Positions 16,445 through 26,600 of a stretch of DNA of 40,196 nucleotides are shown here, piece by piece (positions within the stretch are counted from its first letter, which is position 1; each line of letters opens with the position of its first letter). The stretch spans positions 1-40,196 of the IMG/VR virus record IMGVR_UViG_3300037440_000525. One strand, written 5' to 3'. The DNA comes from a virus (Duplodnaviria > Caudoviricetes). The translations under genes and the position numbers were made by a program. The notes under the pieces are model-generated. The model was not told the origin of the DNA. It searched no databases and saw nothing but the letters and a program-made list of their open reading frames with translations.

Positions 16445-18532
16445 ATGTCTCTTCTTGATAAAAAATTCTCAGAGTTTCCTAATAAGACCCAAGCCGGCTT
16501 AGAGGACTTATTGGCTTTTGTAGATTTAACAGATCCTACTGAAACTTTTAACATTACAAAAGGGGATTTGTTAAAAGCCGTTAATGAAGAAATAGCCATT
16601 GATACCTTATTAGATAACACTCATGATGTTGTTGTAGGAGATTCTTCAGGGGCAGATTTAAATCTAACTCTACCAGCAGTAATTAAAGGTAAAAGATACA
16701 CCGTCATTAAAAAAGATGCATCTAACAATATCGAAGTTTTTTCCCAATCAGGAGAAACTATTAATGGATTGACTAGTTTTGTTATTTCCGAACAATATAG
16801 ATTAGTTGTTTTTTATTGTGATGGTATTGAATGGTTTGCAAATACTAAAGGAGAGGTAAACACAGCTTCAAATCTTGGCACTGGTGCGGATGTCTTTAAA
16901 CAAAAAGCAGGGGTAAATTTAGAGTTTAGAAGTATAACAACCGATGGTACGGTAACTGTAATTGAAGGTCCTGACGAAGTTGGATTATCAGTTAACCATA
17001 ATAATATTTTAAATAAAGGTACTATTTCTCACGATGATATTGATGATCATATTCAAGACCCTGACATTCACTTTGAAGAAGGCGACATCGATCATGCTAA
17101 TATTCAAAATGTCGGAACTAATACTCACGCTGATATAGATACCCATATTGCAAATACAGCTATCCATAGTGCAGGTAAAGCATTAGTCTCTTCTAACGAT
17201 ACTACTCAAGATTATTTATTACAAAAATTAGTTCCAGGAGTTGGGGTAGATATTGCGGAATTAAATGATAGCGGTAATGAGACCCTATCTTTTGCCTTAA
17301 AAACATTTGTTTTAAATAAACTATCTACTGGCATGCTTTCAAATGCTTTACTATCAAAAAGTGGGGCACAAAATTTTAATTTAGAAGCTGGTTCTGGTAT
17401 AATTGTTAATAATCCAACTGGAACAGTAACACTTGTTACATGGACAGAAAAGTTAAATCAAACTTTAACAAACCTAGCTATTGATGGTGTAACTTACATT
17501 GCAATTGATTCCGGAGGTAACATTGTTCAAAGTACTGGTTTTACAGATGCCCAAGCTAAAACTTATATTTTAATAGGTGCAATAACTCACTTTGATTTTA
17601 CTAACACAGGCCATGTTTATAATGTTGGAAATTTAGCTTTTAACAACGATAAAACTTTTGATGATTTAAATTTAGTTTTTAATAAAAGTGGAAATATCTA
17701 TAGTGGTGCTACATTAGGTTTAAATAAAACGGCTGGGGTAACTTTTGGTTATAATTTAAATCGTGTAGACATTACAACACCAAACCAAACGACAGACCCT
17801 GAAACATTAGCTCTTACATTTGATTATATGTATAAAGATGGATCAGGAGATTGGACTTTAGATTCTGGGAAAACAAATATTATTCCTGGTAAATATGACG
17901 ATGGAAGTGGAACATTACAAGATGTTGATACTTTAAAATGGACTGTACAAAAAATATTTTGGTTACCAGGGCAGAATGACCATATTGTTTTATTTGGTAA
18001 TACACAATATTCTAGCAAAGACGAAGCCCTTACATCTATAGCTAATAATTTTGACCGCCCTGATTTACGCTATGCAGTTTTAAGAGCATATTTAGTAGTT
18101 CAAGAAGGTACAACTAATTTATCAAACGCTCAATTTGTAGAAGTTACTAGTGGTGTAGTAAGTGTTTCCCAGAAAAACTCATTATCTAACAGAGTCATTA
18201 GATCAGGGCAAACACAATATTTTTCTGCATCAACAGGTGGCTCAATCGATGTTGCTAATGCAAAAAACTTAAATATTAATATGGACGCTAATTTAGCATT
18301 ATCCTTAACAGGTGGTTTTGACGGAGCGGATTTAATAATTACTTTAACCCAAGATGGCACAGGTAGTAGATTATTAACTTTAGGCACAGGTCTTTTTATG
18401 TATCCAACTGAACTACAAGAAGTAGATGTTGTTTTGTCTAGCGCAGCAGGTGCAATAGATTTACTTGGTTTAAAATTTAACGCTACCCAAAATAAATGGA
18501 TGGTAACAGCCTTTAACACGGAATATGTATAA
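16445..18532 (+). CDS. Virion fibre/appendage protein
   Basis: N-terminal KKFSEFP..DLLAFVD anchor-like motif, His/Asp repeats, G/T/N-rich beta segments, C-terminal TLTQDGTGSRLLT..LSSAAGAIDLL domain. Confidence 0.7.
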   Translation: MSLLDKKFSEFPNKTQAGLEDLLAFVDLTDPTETFNITKGDLLKAVNEEIAIDTLLDNTHDVVVGDSSGADLNLTLPAVIKGKRYTVIKKDASNNIEVFSQSGETINGLTSFVISEQYRLVVFYCDGIEWFANTKGEVNTASNLGTGADVFKQKAGVNLEFRSITTDGTVTVIEGPDEVGLSVNHNNILNKGTISHDDIDDHIQDPDIHFEEGDIDHANIQNVGTNTHADIDTHIANTAIHSAGKALVSSNDTTQDYLLQKLVPGVGVDIAELNDSGNETLSFALKTFVLNKLSTGMLSNALLSKSGAQNFNLEAGSGIIVNNPTGTVTLVTWTEKLNQTLTNLAIDGVTYIAIDSGGNIVQSTGFTDAQAKTYILIGAITHFDFTNTGHVYNVGNLAFNNDKTFDDLNLVFNKSGNIYSGATLGLNKTAGVTFGYNLNRVDITTPNQTTDPETLALTFDYMYKDGSGDWTLDSGKTNIIPGKYDDGSGTLQDVDTLKWTVQKIFWLPGQNDHIVLFGNTQYSSKDEALTSIANNFDRPDLRYAVLRAYLVVQEGTTNLSNAQFVEVTSGVVSVSQKNSLSNRVIRSGQTQYFSASTGGSIDVANAKNLNINMDANLALSLTGGFDGADLIITLTQDGTGSRLLTLGTGLFMYPTELQEVDVVLSSAAGAIDLLGLKFNATQNKWMVTAFNTEYV

Positions 18533-18975
18533 TGTATAAATCACCTAAAAATGAAAACATAGATTTTGATACTTGGAGAGCATATTGCCAAAGTGAATTA
18601 CCTATAATACAAGAAGTTGAATATGGAAATGCAATTATTAACATTAAAAAAGTTTATACTGGTTTAAACAAAAATGTTTATAAAGTAGTGGTAGAATGCA
18701 CTAGTGACATTGTTAAATATTTTGGTTATGCCAGAGGTTATGATGGTAATCAACAAGCCATAAATGACTTTAACAGGGTTGTTGAAGCGATACAAAATAA
18801 CGAGCATATTTATGACGAAGTGTTGATGAGTGAAAACGGTAGGTATATATGTAAGTTTAGCCCTAGCGAAAACTTTCATTTGTTTATTGATGCAGGTGTT
18901 TACCCTGTACAAGCATTAGGATTTAGTACAAGAACTGAAGCTGAAGACTATTTTAATGGGATAGTAAATGGCTGA
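18532..18975 (+). CDS. Hypothetical protein between fibre genes
   Basis: Translationally coupled to both neighbours. Confidence 0.65.
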   Translation: MYKSPKNENIDFDTWRAYCQSELPIIQEVEYGNAIINIKKVYTGLNKNVYKVVVECTSDIVKYFGYARGYDGNQQAINDFNRVVEAIQNNEHIYDEVLMSENGRYICKFSPSENFHLFIDAGVYPVQALGFSTRTEAEDYFNGIVNG

Positions 18976-21373
18976 TAGATATTTCTTAAATGTTGGTACA
19001 GATTTCAACGACTCGGCTAACTGGAGTACTACCTCTGGAGGTGCAGGAGGTGCAAGTGTCCCAACTACAGCTGACATGATCTTTTTTGATGGTAATAGCG
19101 GTAATTTAGTATTAGAGTTAGATGTTGTTGTCAATAGAATTACTATGGAATCCACCTATACAGGATCAATAACACAAGGTATTTACTCTATTACGAGTAG
19201 TAATAATTTGTCAATTCAATGTGATGGGGGAGATTTTTTAGGTGGCAGTGCTTTTATAGCATGCCAAGGAAATGTAAGAATTAATGGAGGTAATTTTAGA
19301 TCGACCAGTAATGTTTTAAGTATTGTACCTAGAAATGGAAACGATTTTAACCTTGCAACTGGGACATTTGACCATAATTTTGGTAAAGTATATTTAAACG
19401 GATCTAACCACCATACTATAATTAATAATATATCTAATCCATTTTGGGATTACGAATCTAATGCTTGTAGTGGATGCCAACTAAATGGAACATTCTTTGT
19501 TGATAATGATTTCACTGCTACTTTGGTAGGCACTTTTACTGCTACTGTTACCGTAAAAGGTAATCTTTTAGGAGTAGGAAATAGTGCAGGTGGAGGCGAA
19601 GTAATCTTAACAGGTACAAATATACAAAATTATTCCATAGAAAATGTACCAAGTTTAAAGGTTGAAAAGACAGGAGGTTCCGTAGATTTTCAAAATAATA
19701 TTGGTATAGGTACAAATTGGACATATATTACCGGTACATTAAATTGGAATAATTTTAAAGCCACTATTAATTCAGCTACTAGTCATAGTGTTTTAACTGC
19801 TGGGTATTTTTACGAATTAGAGATAGCTAAAGGAACAACTACCTCAGTAGGGTTAGGTAGTTCAGTGATAGTTGTAGAAACTAACTTTACAATCACTCAG
19901 TTAGCTAGTTTAAATAGTGGAACTATACAAGTAGGTGGAAATTTAATTTCTAATGATACTTCTTGGGGTGGATCCGCTTTTATTGAGATGATCGGTAGTG
20001 ACCCAAAAACATTTAGTGGTACTGGTATAGTTGGTTGCCATGTTATTATAAATAAAACCAATACATTTTCGCTATTATCAGATATGACTTTAACTACCAC
20101 TGGGGCAGACTTTACCTTAAACTCTGGCACATTAAATTTAAATAGCTTTGAACTTTTTGTTCAGGATGTTTTTACTCAAAGTGGTGGGATTTTTAATGGA
20201 CAGACAGGTTTGTTAAACATTGGAAGTTTTTTTCATACCTCTGGTGTCTTTAACGAAGGTTCTCAAGGTGTCCATTGTAGAAGAGGTGATTTTTCAATAT
20301 CAATAGGAGCTATATTTAACAGACATGTTGACGGTGGTTTAAATGTATTGTCAGGTGTAGGAATTGATTTACAATTTAATGCTAATGGTAATATTTTATC
20401 TAAATTAATTTTTAATAGAGGATCATTTAGTTTAGTAGTTGCCTCCGATGTTTCGGTAATAGGTGATTATGAATTTAATGGTGGTGGTGGACAACAAAGA
20501 GGGACAGGCTCAATATACTGGTATGGTTCTACTTATAAAGTAGATGGTCAGCGTGGAGGTAATCAAACTACTAGAGTAGTTGTTATAGGTACTGGTAATC
20601 AATTAATATCATTCTTTGGTGCAAGTAATACCCGTGGTTGTTCTAGTTTAGATTTCCAAAAACCTAGTGGAAGGGTTTCTTTTTTATCTGATAATAACAT
20701 GTGTTCCTTTGATGACGACTTTTTAGTTAATATGGATCCAAATTTATTTGACCCGATTAACACTGCTTATTTATTCAATTTCATAAGTGAATCATTGCAA
20801 GGTAATATGGATATTAAAACCAGTGGAGTTAAATTACCAAATGTAAGATTCTCTAAAGGTGCTTGGAATATATTCCTATTAAGTGATTTAGAAATAATGG
20901 GGTACTACACTAATGTAGCTTCTTCAACATTAGCTCAAGTTAGAGGGTTTGGATTTAAGATAAAGTTACATGGGAATTATGTAAGATTAAACAGTTATTC
21001 AGGAGTTGGACTATCTAGTGCCCCTGAATGGCAATTAGTTGGCCGAGGTATTCAAGAAATTAGTTCTCAAGCAGGGGTTCTAGATGGCGGTATTTGGAGA
21101 GTAGTAAAACCAACAGGTTTTGCCAAACAGATGGGTAATATTACCATTGATAATGGTGTGGCTGGTAATAACGGTCAAAATAACCTACTTGTGGATCAAG
21201 GGGCATGGTGTACCAATGGTTTTGACTTAACAGTTGATGGTACTTTACAAATAAATTCTTTAGGTGAAGTAAGAAAAGTAACAGGTTCTACAATAACTGG
21301 TACAATAGATGGTACGGTTACAGATGTTGACAAGTGTAGAACCTTAACAAATAAGTTTTTCTTGGTACAATAA
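18968..21373 (+). CDS. Beta-helix-like virion protein (spike/adhesin)
   Basis: RYF..FNDSANWSTTSGGAGGASVPT.AD..FFDGNSG N-terminus; repetitive G/N/T/S beta-solenoid sequence. Confidence 0.7.
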   Translation: MADRYFLNVGTDFNDSANWSTTSGGAGGASVPTTADMIFFDGNSGNLVLELDVVVNRITMESTYTGSITQGIYSITSSNNLSIQCDGGDFLGGSAFIACQGNVRINGGNFRSTSNVLSIVPRNGNDFNLATGTFDHNFGKVYLNGSNHHTIINNISNPFWDYESNACSGCQLNGTFFVDNDFTATLVGTFTATVTVKGNLLGVGNSAGGGEVILTGTNIQNYSIENVPSLKVEKTGGSVDFQNNIGIGTNWTYITGTLNWNNFKATINSATSHSVLTAGYFYELEIAKGTTTSVGLGSSVIVVETNFTITQLASLNSGTIQVGGNLISNDTSWGGSAFIEMIGSDPKTFSGTGIVGCHVIINKTNTFSLLSDMTLTTTGADFTLNSGTLNLNSFELFVQDVFTQSGGIFNGQTGLLNIGSFFHTSGVFNEGSQGVHCRRGDFSISIGAIFNRHVDGGLNVLSGVGIDLQFNANGNILSKLIFNRGSFSLVVASDVSVIGDYEFNGGGGQQRGTGSIYWYGSTYKVDGQRGGNQTTRVVVIGTGNQLISFFGASNTRGCSSLDFQKPSGRVSFLSDNNMCSFDDDFLVNMDPNLFDPINTAYLFNFISESLQGNMDIKTSGVKLPNVRFSKGAWNIFLLSDLEIMGYYTNVASSTLAQVRGFGFKIKLHGNYVRLNSYSGVGLSSAPEWQLVGRGIQEISSQAGVLDGGIWRVVKPTGFAKQMGNITIDNGVAGNNGQNNLLVDQGAWCTNGFDLTVDGTLQINSLGEVRKVTGSTITGTIDGTVTDVDKCRTLTNKFFLVQ

Positions 21374-21861
21374 TGATTGATATAAATGTGTTTAAAAGGA
21401 ATATATCTAGATGGCTTTTTGCGTCTGTTACTAAACACATGGAAGGGTTGATGCCTGATATTCATGTTTATATTGAAGGTACAACCAGAAATACTCGTGA
21501 AGAGGCTGATTTTGTAGAACTGCGTTTTGATGGGCCACAATTAACCGAAAACTCAAGACGGTGTTTTCGAATTTATGTGGAAGTCAACGCTTTGATCCAA
21601 TCCGTTATGCGTGACAATAATTTTCATGTCATTCATGACGATGTTGGGAAGGTTATCATGGCTTTTACCGATCGAATATCTGTTTATAGGTATGGAATCG
21701 GTGCAGATGATGACCAGTCTTTATTGGGTTGTCTGACCATTATTTCAGACAAAAGAGATCGTCTTAATGTTGCCCATTTCGGTAGAACAGCAATCAACGC
21801 TCCCTTGATGCGTGCTACCGTAGAAGCTCATTATGACATGGTGTTTTCAAACTTTAGTTAG
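21373..21861 (+). CDS. Putative tail terminator protein
   Basis: 162 aa immediately before the tail tube gene; alpha/beta pattern; synteny. Confidence 0.6.
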   Translation: MIDINVFKRNISRWLFASVTKHMEGLMPDIHVYIEGTTRNTREEADFVELRFDGPQLTENSRRCFRIYVEVNALIQSVMRDNNFHVIHDDVGKVIMAFTDRISVYRYGIGADDDQSLLGCLTIISDKRDRLNVAHFGRTAINAPLMRATVEAHYDMVFSNFS

Positions 21862-21872
21862 GAGATAGAAAG

Positions 21873-22385
21873 ATGCCTTTAATTGATATTAAATTGGCTA
21901 CTCTTTATATCCGTGATGGTGATACCCCAACTAATGAGATCGAAGTTAAGATCGGCGAAGGGAATTTTAATTACACGGAGACTGTAAACCGTGATTATAT
22001 CCTTGACCGTGGTCGTCTAGATTTTGTTAGAAATGGGGACGAAGTACCTTTAGATGTTTCTTTTGATTTTGTATGGGAGTACATTACTGGTGGTGGCAAC
22101 ACAGGTGATGCACCTTCTATAGAAGATGCACTGAAACGAAGAGGTAATGCATCAGCATGGGTATCAACAACAGAAGATCAATGCCAGCCGTACTCGGTTG
22201 ACCTTGTTTTACTATATACACCTGATTGTAATACAGGCGACCAAGAATTATTGGTTTTCCCTGACTTTAGGTATAATACTTTGGCACACGACCTGAGAAA
22301 TAGTTCAGTTGCTTGTGCAGGTCAATGTAATGTCACTGAAGCAACAATCACTAGACATTTGTCTAGTTCAAGTGTAACCATTTAA
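21873..22385 (+). CDS. Major tail (tube) protein
   Basis: AGGAG RBS, beta-rich, followed by a hairpin and the chaperone pair. Confidence 0.7.
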   Translation: MPLIDIKLATLYIRDGDTPTNEIEVKIGEGNFNYTETVNRDYILDRGRLDFVRNGDEVPLDVSFDFVWEYITGGGNTGDAPSIEDALKRRGNASAWVSTTEDQCQPYSVDLVLLYTPDCNTGDQELLVFPDFRYNTLAHDLRNSSVACAGQCNVTEATITRHLSSSSVTI

Positions 22386-22390
22386 TTTTA

Positions 22391-22410
22391 ATCCCCCTTT
22401 TTAGGGGGAT
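22391..22410 (+). terminator. Hairpin after the tail tube gene
   Basis: ATCCCCCT-TTTT-AGGGGGAT; no U-tract on the + strand, so may be a stabiliser or partial terminator. Confidence 0.55.
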
Positions 22411-22424
22411 CCACTGGAGGAAGT

Positions 22425-22940
22425 ATGAAAGTCAATGGTGTTAAATTAAGACCACCGGATTCCGAGTTTGCGGTATTTGAGCGTGGCGAAGACAGAATCG
22501 TGTTTGAATGTAAACCAGTATTGGAAAAAGGCTTATTTGATAAGTTATGTCCAATGCCAACAGCACCAACATCCGTTGGAAAAGGTGGGGTGGCTATCCC
22601 GACCCCTAAAGATTCAAATGCGTATAAAAATTATCAAAAATTACTTACTGAAAGGCAGACAAAAGAAAGTGCCTTTTTGTACATACAATCCATTAAAGAT
22701 TGTTGTGAATTTGAGATAGTTGATCCTGCAAATCCTGATACATGGGGTAAACTGGATGAAGAACTTTCAAGTGCTGGCCTAACAAATGTTGAAATCATGA
22801 TGTTAGGGCAAAAAGTACTTGAAGCTAATCGCTTAAGTATGACAAAAATTGAACAAGCGAGGGAGCGTTTTTTAGCAGAGCGGGAGGCGGGCAAGCAAGA
22901 GCAACTGTCCTCCCCACAGGTAGAACCGAAAATTATATGA
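22425..22940 (+). CDS. Tail assembly chaperone (gpG-like)
   Basis: Position; slippery heptamer T TTT TTA at 22868-22874. Confidence 0.75.
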   Translation: MKVNGVKLRPPDSEFAVFERGEDRIVFECKPVLEKGLFDKLCPMPTAPTSVGKGGVAIPTPKDSNAYKNYQKLLTERQTKESAFLYIQSIKDCCEFEIVDPANPDTWGKLDEELSSAGLTNVEIMMLGQKVLEANRLSMTKIEQARERFLAEREAGKQEQLSSPQVEPKII

Positions 22941-23122
22941 CTTGGAAGGCCTGCGAGAGATTTAATATAATCCCTCCAGGCATTACAGGGAATAGATGGG
23001 AAGATTTATCAGTAGGTGAACAAGCGGATTTAATAGCTTTTAATCAAATTCGGGATTACGAGGATGATTTAGCTAAAAATGAAGATTTAAAAGTTTTATT
23101 GGGTAGCAGAGTTGGCAGATAG
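22874..23122 (+). CDS. -1 frameshift extension of the chaperone (gpGT-like)
   Basis: The -1 frame is open from 22874 (SRAGGGQARATVLPTGRTENY) into the tracked ORF 22937-23122. Confidence 0.8.
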   Translation, partial: SRAGGGQARATVLPTGRTENYMTWKACERFNIIPPGITGNRWEDLSVGEQADLIAFNQIRDYEDDLAKNEDLKVLLGSRVGR

Positions 23123-23678
23123 TATTACTTTACCTTTTATCAATATAGAAGCTTTGGCCTATAGAAATTTAGTCCAAACTCATCTATTGAAAGCGATCAG
23201 TGCTGTCTGGAAAGATTCTGTAAAAGAATTTGCTTTAAGAGGTGCAATTGCTTCATCCGTTGATACAGGTATGGCTGCTGCTACTTTTAGCGTTGCATCG
23301 GAGAAAGCTAAAGATTTCCAAGGAGCTGACGCTACTTTTGACATTGTTTTAGGGAAACAAAAAAGATCGTCAGCTAAACCTTTATTAACACCTGAAGGGG
23401 GATTAATAAGAAATAGAGCTAGGTTTATAACCAGTGGTATATCGGCAGCGAGGAAAGCAACTAAAGTTAAATTTGGATCTGATAGAACCCCTGAATGGGA
23501 GTTCTCTTTTGATATTAGAGTATGGCAATTGAAACATGTTGTTGAACCAAAAACACAAGCTTTTACTAAAGCTAAAGCTGCCTTTTGGGAGTTTTTTTTA
23601 AATAACTTTAAAGAATACACACAAAGAGCCCTGAGTGTTCCAAAAATAATTGTTAAGCAGGAGACATTCCATGGCTGA
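23112..23678 (+). CDS. HK97 gp10-like tail completion/neck protein (tentative)
   Basis: Basic protein with SVDTGMA resembling the PVDTG motif. Confidence 0.5.
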   Translation: MADSITLPFINIEALAYRNLVQTHLLKAISAVWKDSVKEFALRGAIASSVDTGMAAATFSVASEKAKDFQGADATFDIVLGKQKRSSAKPLLTPEGGLIRNRARFITSGISAARKATKVKFGSDRTPEWEFSFDIRVWQLKHVVEPKTQAFTKAKAAFWEFFLNNFKEYTQRALSVPKIIVKQETFHG

Positions 23679-26600
23679 TTTCAATGCTAGTGCTAATTTT
23701 AGCCAGTTAATAGCTGAAATATCCAAGGCTAATGATGTTTGGAGAGCTTATGCTGGAGCACAAAAACAAGCTACCACTGCTACTAAAGATTTTTTAAAAT
23801 CCAATGCATCTTTGCAATCTGGTATCACTAGTACTACTAAATTATTTGATCAATACAATCAAGCTATTAACAATACAGCTCAAAGAGTAGACACTACTTC
23901 AAAATCGGTTAAAGATCAATCCGAAGTAATTAAAGATAATAATAAAAATATTAAAGAAATGACATTAAGTTGGTCTACATTTGGTAGATTAGCTGTATTT
24001 AGTATTGCTTCTCAAGCACTATCTACTTTTACTAACTCACTTAAAGAATCAATAAGTGAATCAATAAAATTTAGGGTTGAACTTGGTCGTATTCAAACTA
24101 TATCCCAAGAAAACCAACTAACTACAAATGAATGGGCTAAAGGATTAAAAAATGTAGCAGGGGAATTCAACCTTGATTTATTAGATGCAACGGCTGCTGC
24201 CTATTTAGCTATATCAAACCAGGTTGCTAATGGTGCAGATACATTTAATTTTTTAGCGGAAGCTGCAAGATTATCAAAAATTGCACAAGCTGATTTAACT
24301 CAATCTACAAATGCTTTATCATCCGTACTAAAATCTTATAATTTAGAAGTTGATGCAACAAGAGAAATATCTGATAAATTATTTAAAGCTGCTGAATTAG
24401 GGCGTTTACCATTGGAAGCTATCTCTGATTCAATTGGTACTGTTACTGTAGCAGCGAATTCATTAGGGGTAGGGATTGACGAAGTTCTTGCAACTTTAGC
24501 AACATTAACCGTTCAAGGGGTTACACCTGCCAATGCAATGACATTCCTTAGAAATGTATTGTTAAAAGTGATCAAACCTACTGATGCAATGAAAGAGGCC
24601 GTAGCTGAATTAGGTTTTAGCTCAGCTGAAGCAGGTATAAAATCATTAGGGTTAATTAACTTTATTGAAAGTTTAGGTAACACTACAAACGGCAGTGTAG
24701 GTGAGATGGCCGAATTATTTAATTCTATCCGTGCTATTCAAGGTGTTCTAGGTATTACAGGTAAAAATACAGAGCTATTTAGAAAAAATTTGGAAGGTAT
24801 TGGCAATGCTAGTAAATCAGCTGATGAAGCTTTGAAATTATTTACAGCTACAGCAGCCGAAAGATTATCTAAACAATTAAACCAATTAAAAGTAAATTTA
24901 GAAGGTTTTGGTGATGGATTTACTAAAGTAATTACACCTGTTATTGAATTATTCGGTGGCTTAACAAATGTTGTTGGAATATTTTCTGTCGCCATTTTGG
25001 TTAAAGCAATACCAGCTTTAGCAGTATATAAAACAACTATTATTGCTGCTGCTGTAGCTACAAAGGGATTTTTATTAGTATTAGGACCTATAGCATTAGC
25101 CGTTGGAGCCGTGGCTTTTGCATATCAAAAATATAATGAAGCCTTAGCTGAAAGTGTGGCAGTAAATGCTAGATTAGAAAAAGCAACCCTTAATTTAGCA
25201 AATGTCGGAACTGATATTTTTATTAAAAATTTAGAGAGAAGTTATGTAGAATCGAATAATGTTATAAGTAGACAAATTGAAGGAATTACTAGAAACCAAA
25301 AATCACTATTAGCTTCAACTAAAATATTTAATGATGAAGTTATTAATCTATCTAAAAAAACAACGGAATCTTTAGAATCTAATGTTAAAGACATTAGGAA
25401 AAATGTTGAGGGGTTAAAAGATGGTATTAACTTATTAGATAATGAAATAAAAGGTTTTAGTTTTGGTACCTCACCACTTGAATCTGCTTTTGCTAAAATT
25501 CGTAAAGCTAGGGAAGATGCAAATGCAGCGTTGCAAGGTGAAGATGCAAAAGGTTTAGTAAAAGCCCAAGAATTAGAGAGAAAAGGATTAAAAGAACTAG
25601 CTGCAATAGCCAAAGGATCTGTAGAAGCAGTTGAGATTGTTCAAAATAGAACCGCCAAAGCTTTAGAACAACAACAAAAAGACTTAGAAACCTTAAAAAG
25701 TAATTTACATAAAAATGAAGTTGAAAGAAGAAATGAGCTTCTAAGATTAGAAAATGAATTACAAGGTAAAAAAATATTACTTGATACTCCTGTAACAAAA
25801 ATTACTGGAGCTGAAACAGGCGAACAAGCTAGATTAGCTCAAGAAAATAGAGAGAGGGGTTTATCTTTACTTGTTTTAGCCGAAAAAGATAAAGATATTC
25901 AACTAACAATAATTGATCAAATTAATAAAGAAAGATTAGCAGCTGCCGATGTTGAGCATAAAGAGAGATTAAAAAATCTAAGGGAAGAAGCTACTGAAAA
26001 TAAAACTAGATTAGAGGCTGCTGTTAAGACATTAAAAGATAGTAACAAGCAAATTTTTGAAGATATTAAGAAAAATAATCTAGCTATAGAGAGAGCAAAC
26101 ACTTTAAATGCTAATACTAGAGCAAAACAAGCATCTGGTCTTAATTTCTTTTTTGGAGCTGATGAAGATCTTAAAAATATTATTGATTTAACAGGTCGTA
26201 ATAGAGCTGCCCTCGACACTAATAATATTACTTTAAAAAATAGGTTAGAACAAAACAAGGCTTTAGGTAAAGAGTTAGCAGAGCAATTAGGGACTCAAAA
26301 AGAGCAAACTAAGGAAATAGAGAAACAGAATAAACTAACTGACCCTTTGACACAGGCTAGACCTGGGGATCTATTTAACCCAGAAATTAGACCAGCATTC
26401 GAAAGTGATTTTAAAAGTGCCGTAGCGAAAGCTCAAGCTGTCAATGCTAACATTCTTAAAGAAGCAGGTATAACTCCTACCGCCTCACAAGTTTCGCTAG
26501 ATGACATAGTCCCAGAGGTGGATTTAAATCTTAAGAAAAGTAGCACAGGGGCTTTAGCGGTAACGATAGAAAACCCTGTTACAGGTGGTGGGCTACCAGA

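Noticed and set aside
16439-16447. Stop-codon readthrough fusing the head-closure and fibre genes (same frame, TAA-AAA-ATG)
   Set aside because: TAA is rarely read through, the downstream gene has its own AAGGA RBS, and in-frame adjacency occurs one time in three by chance
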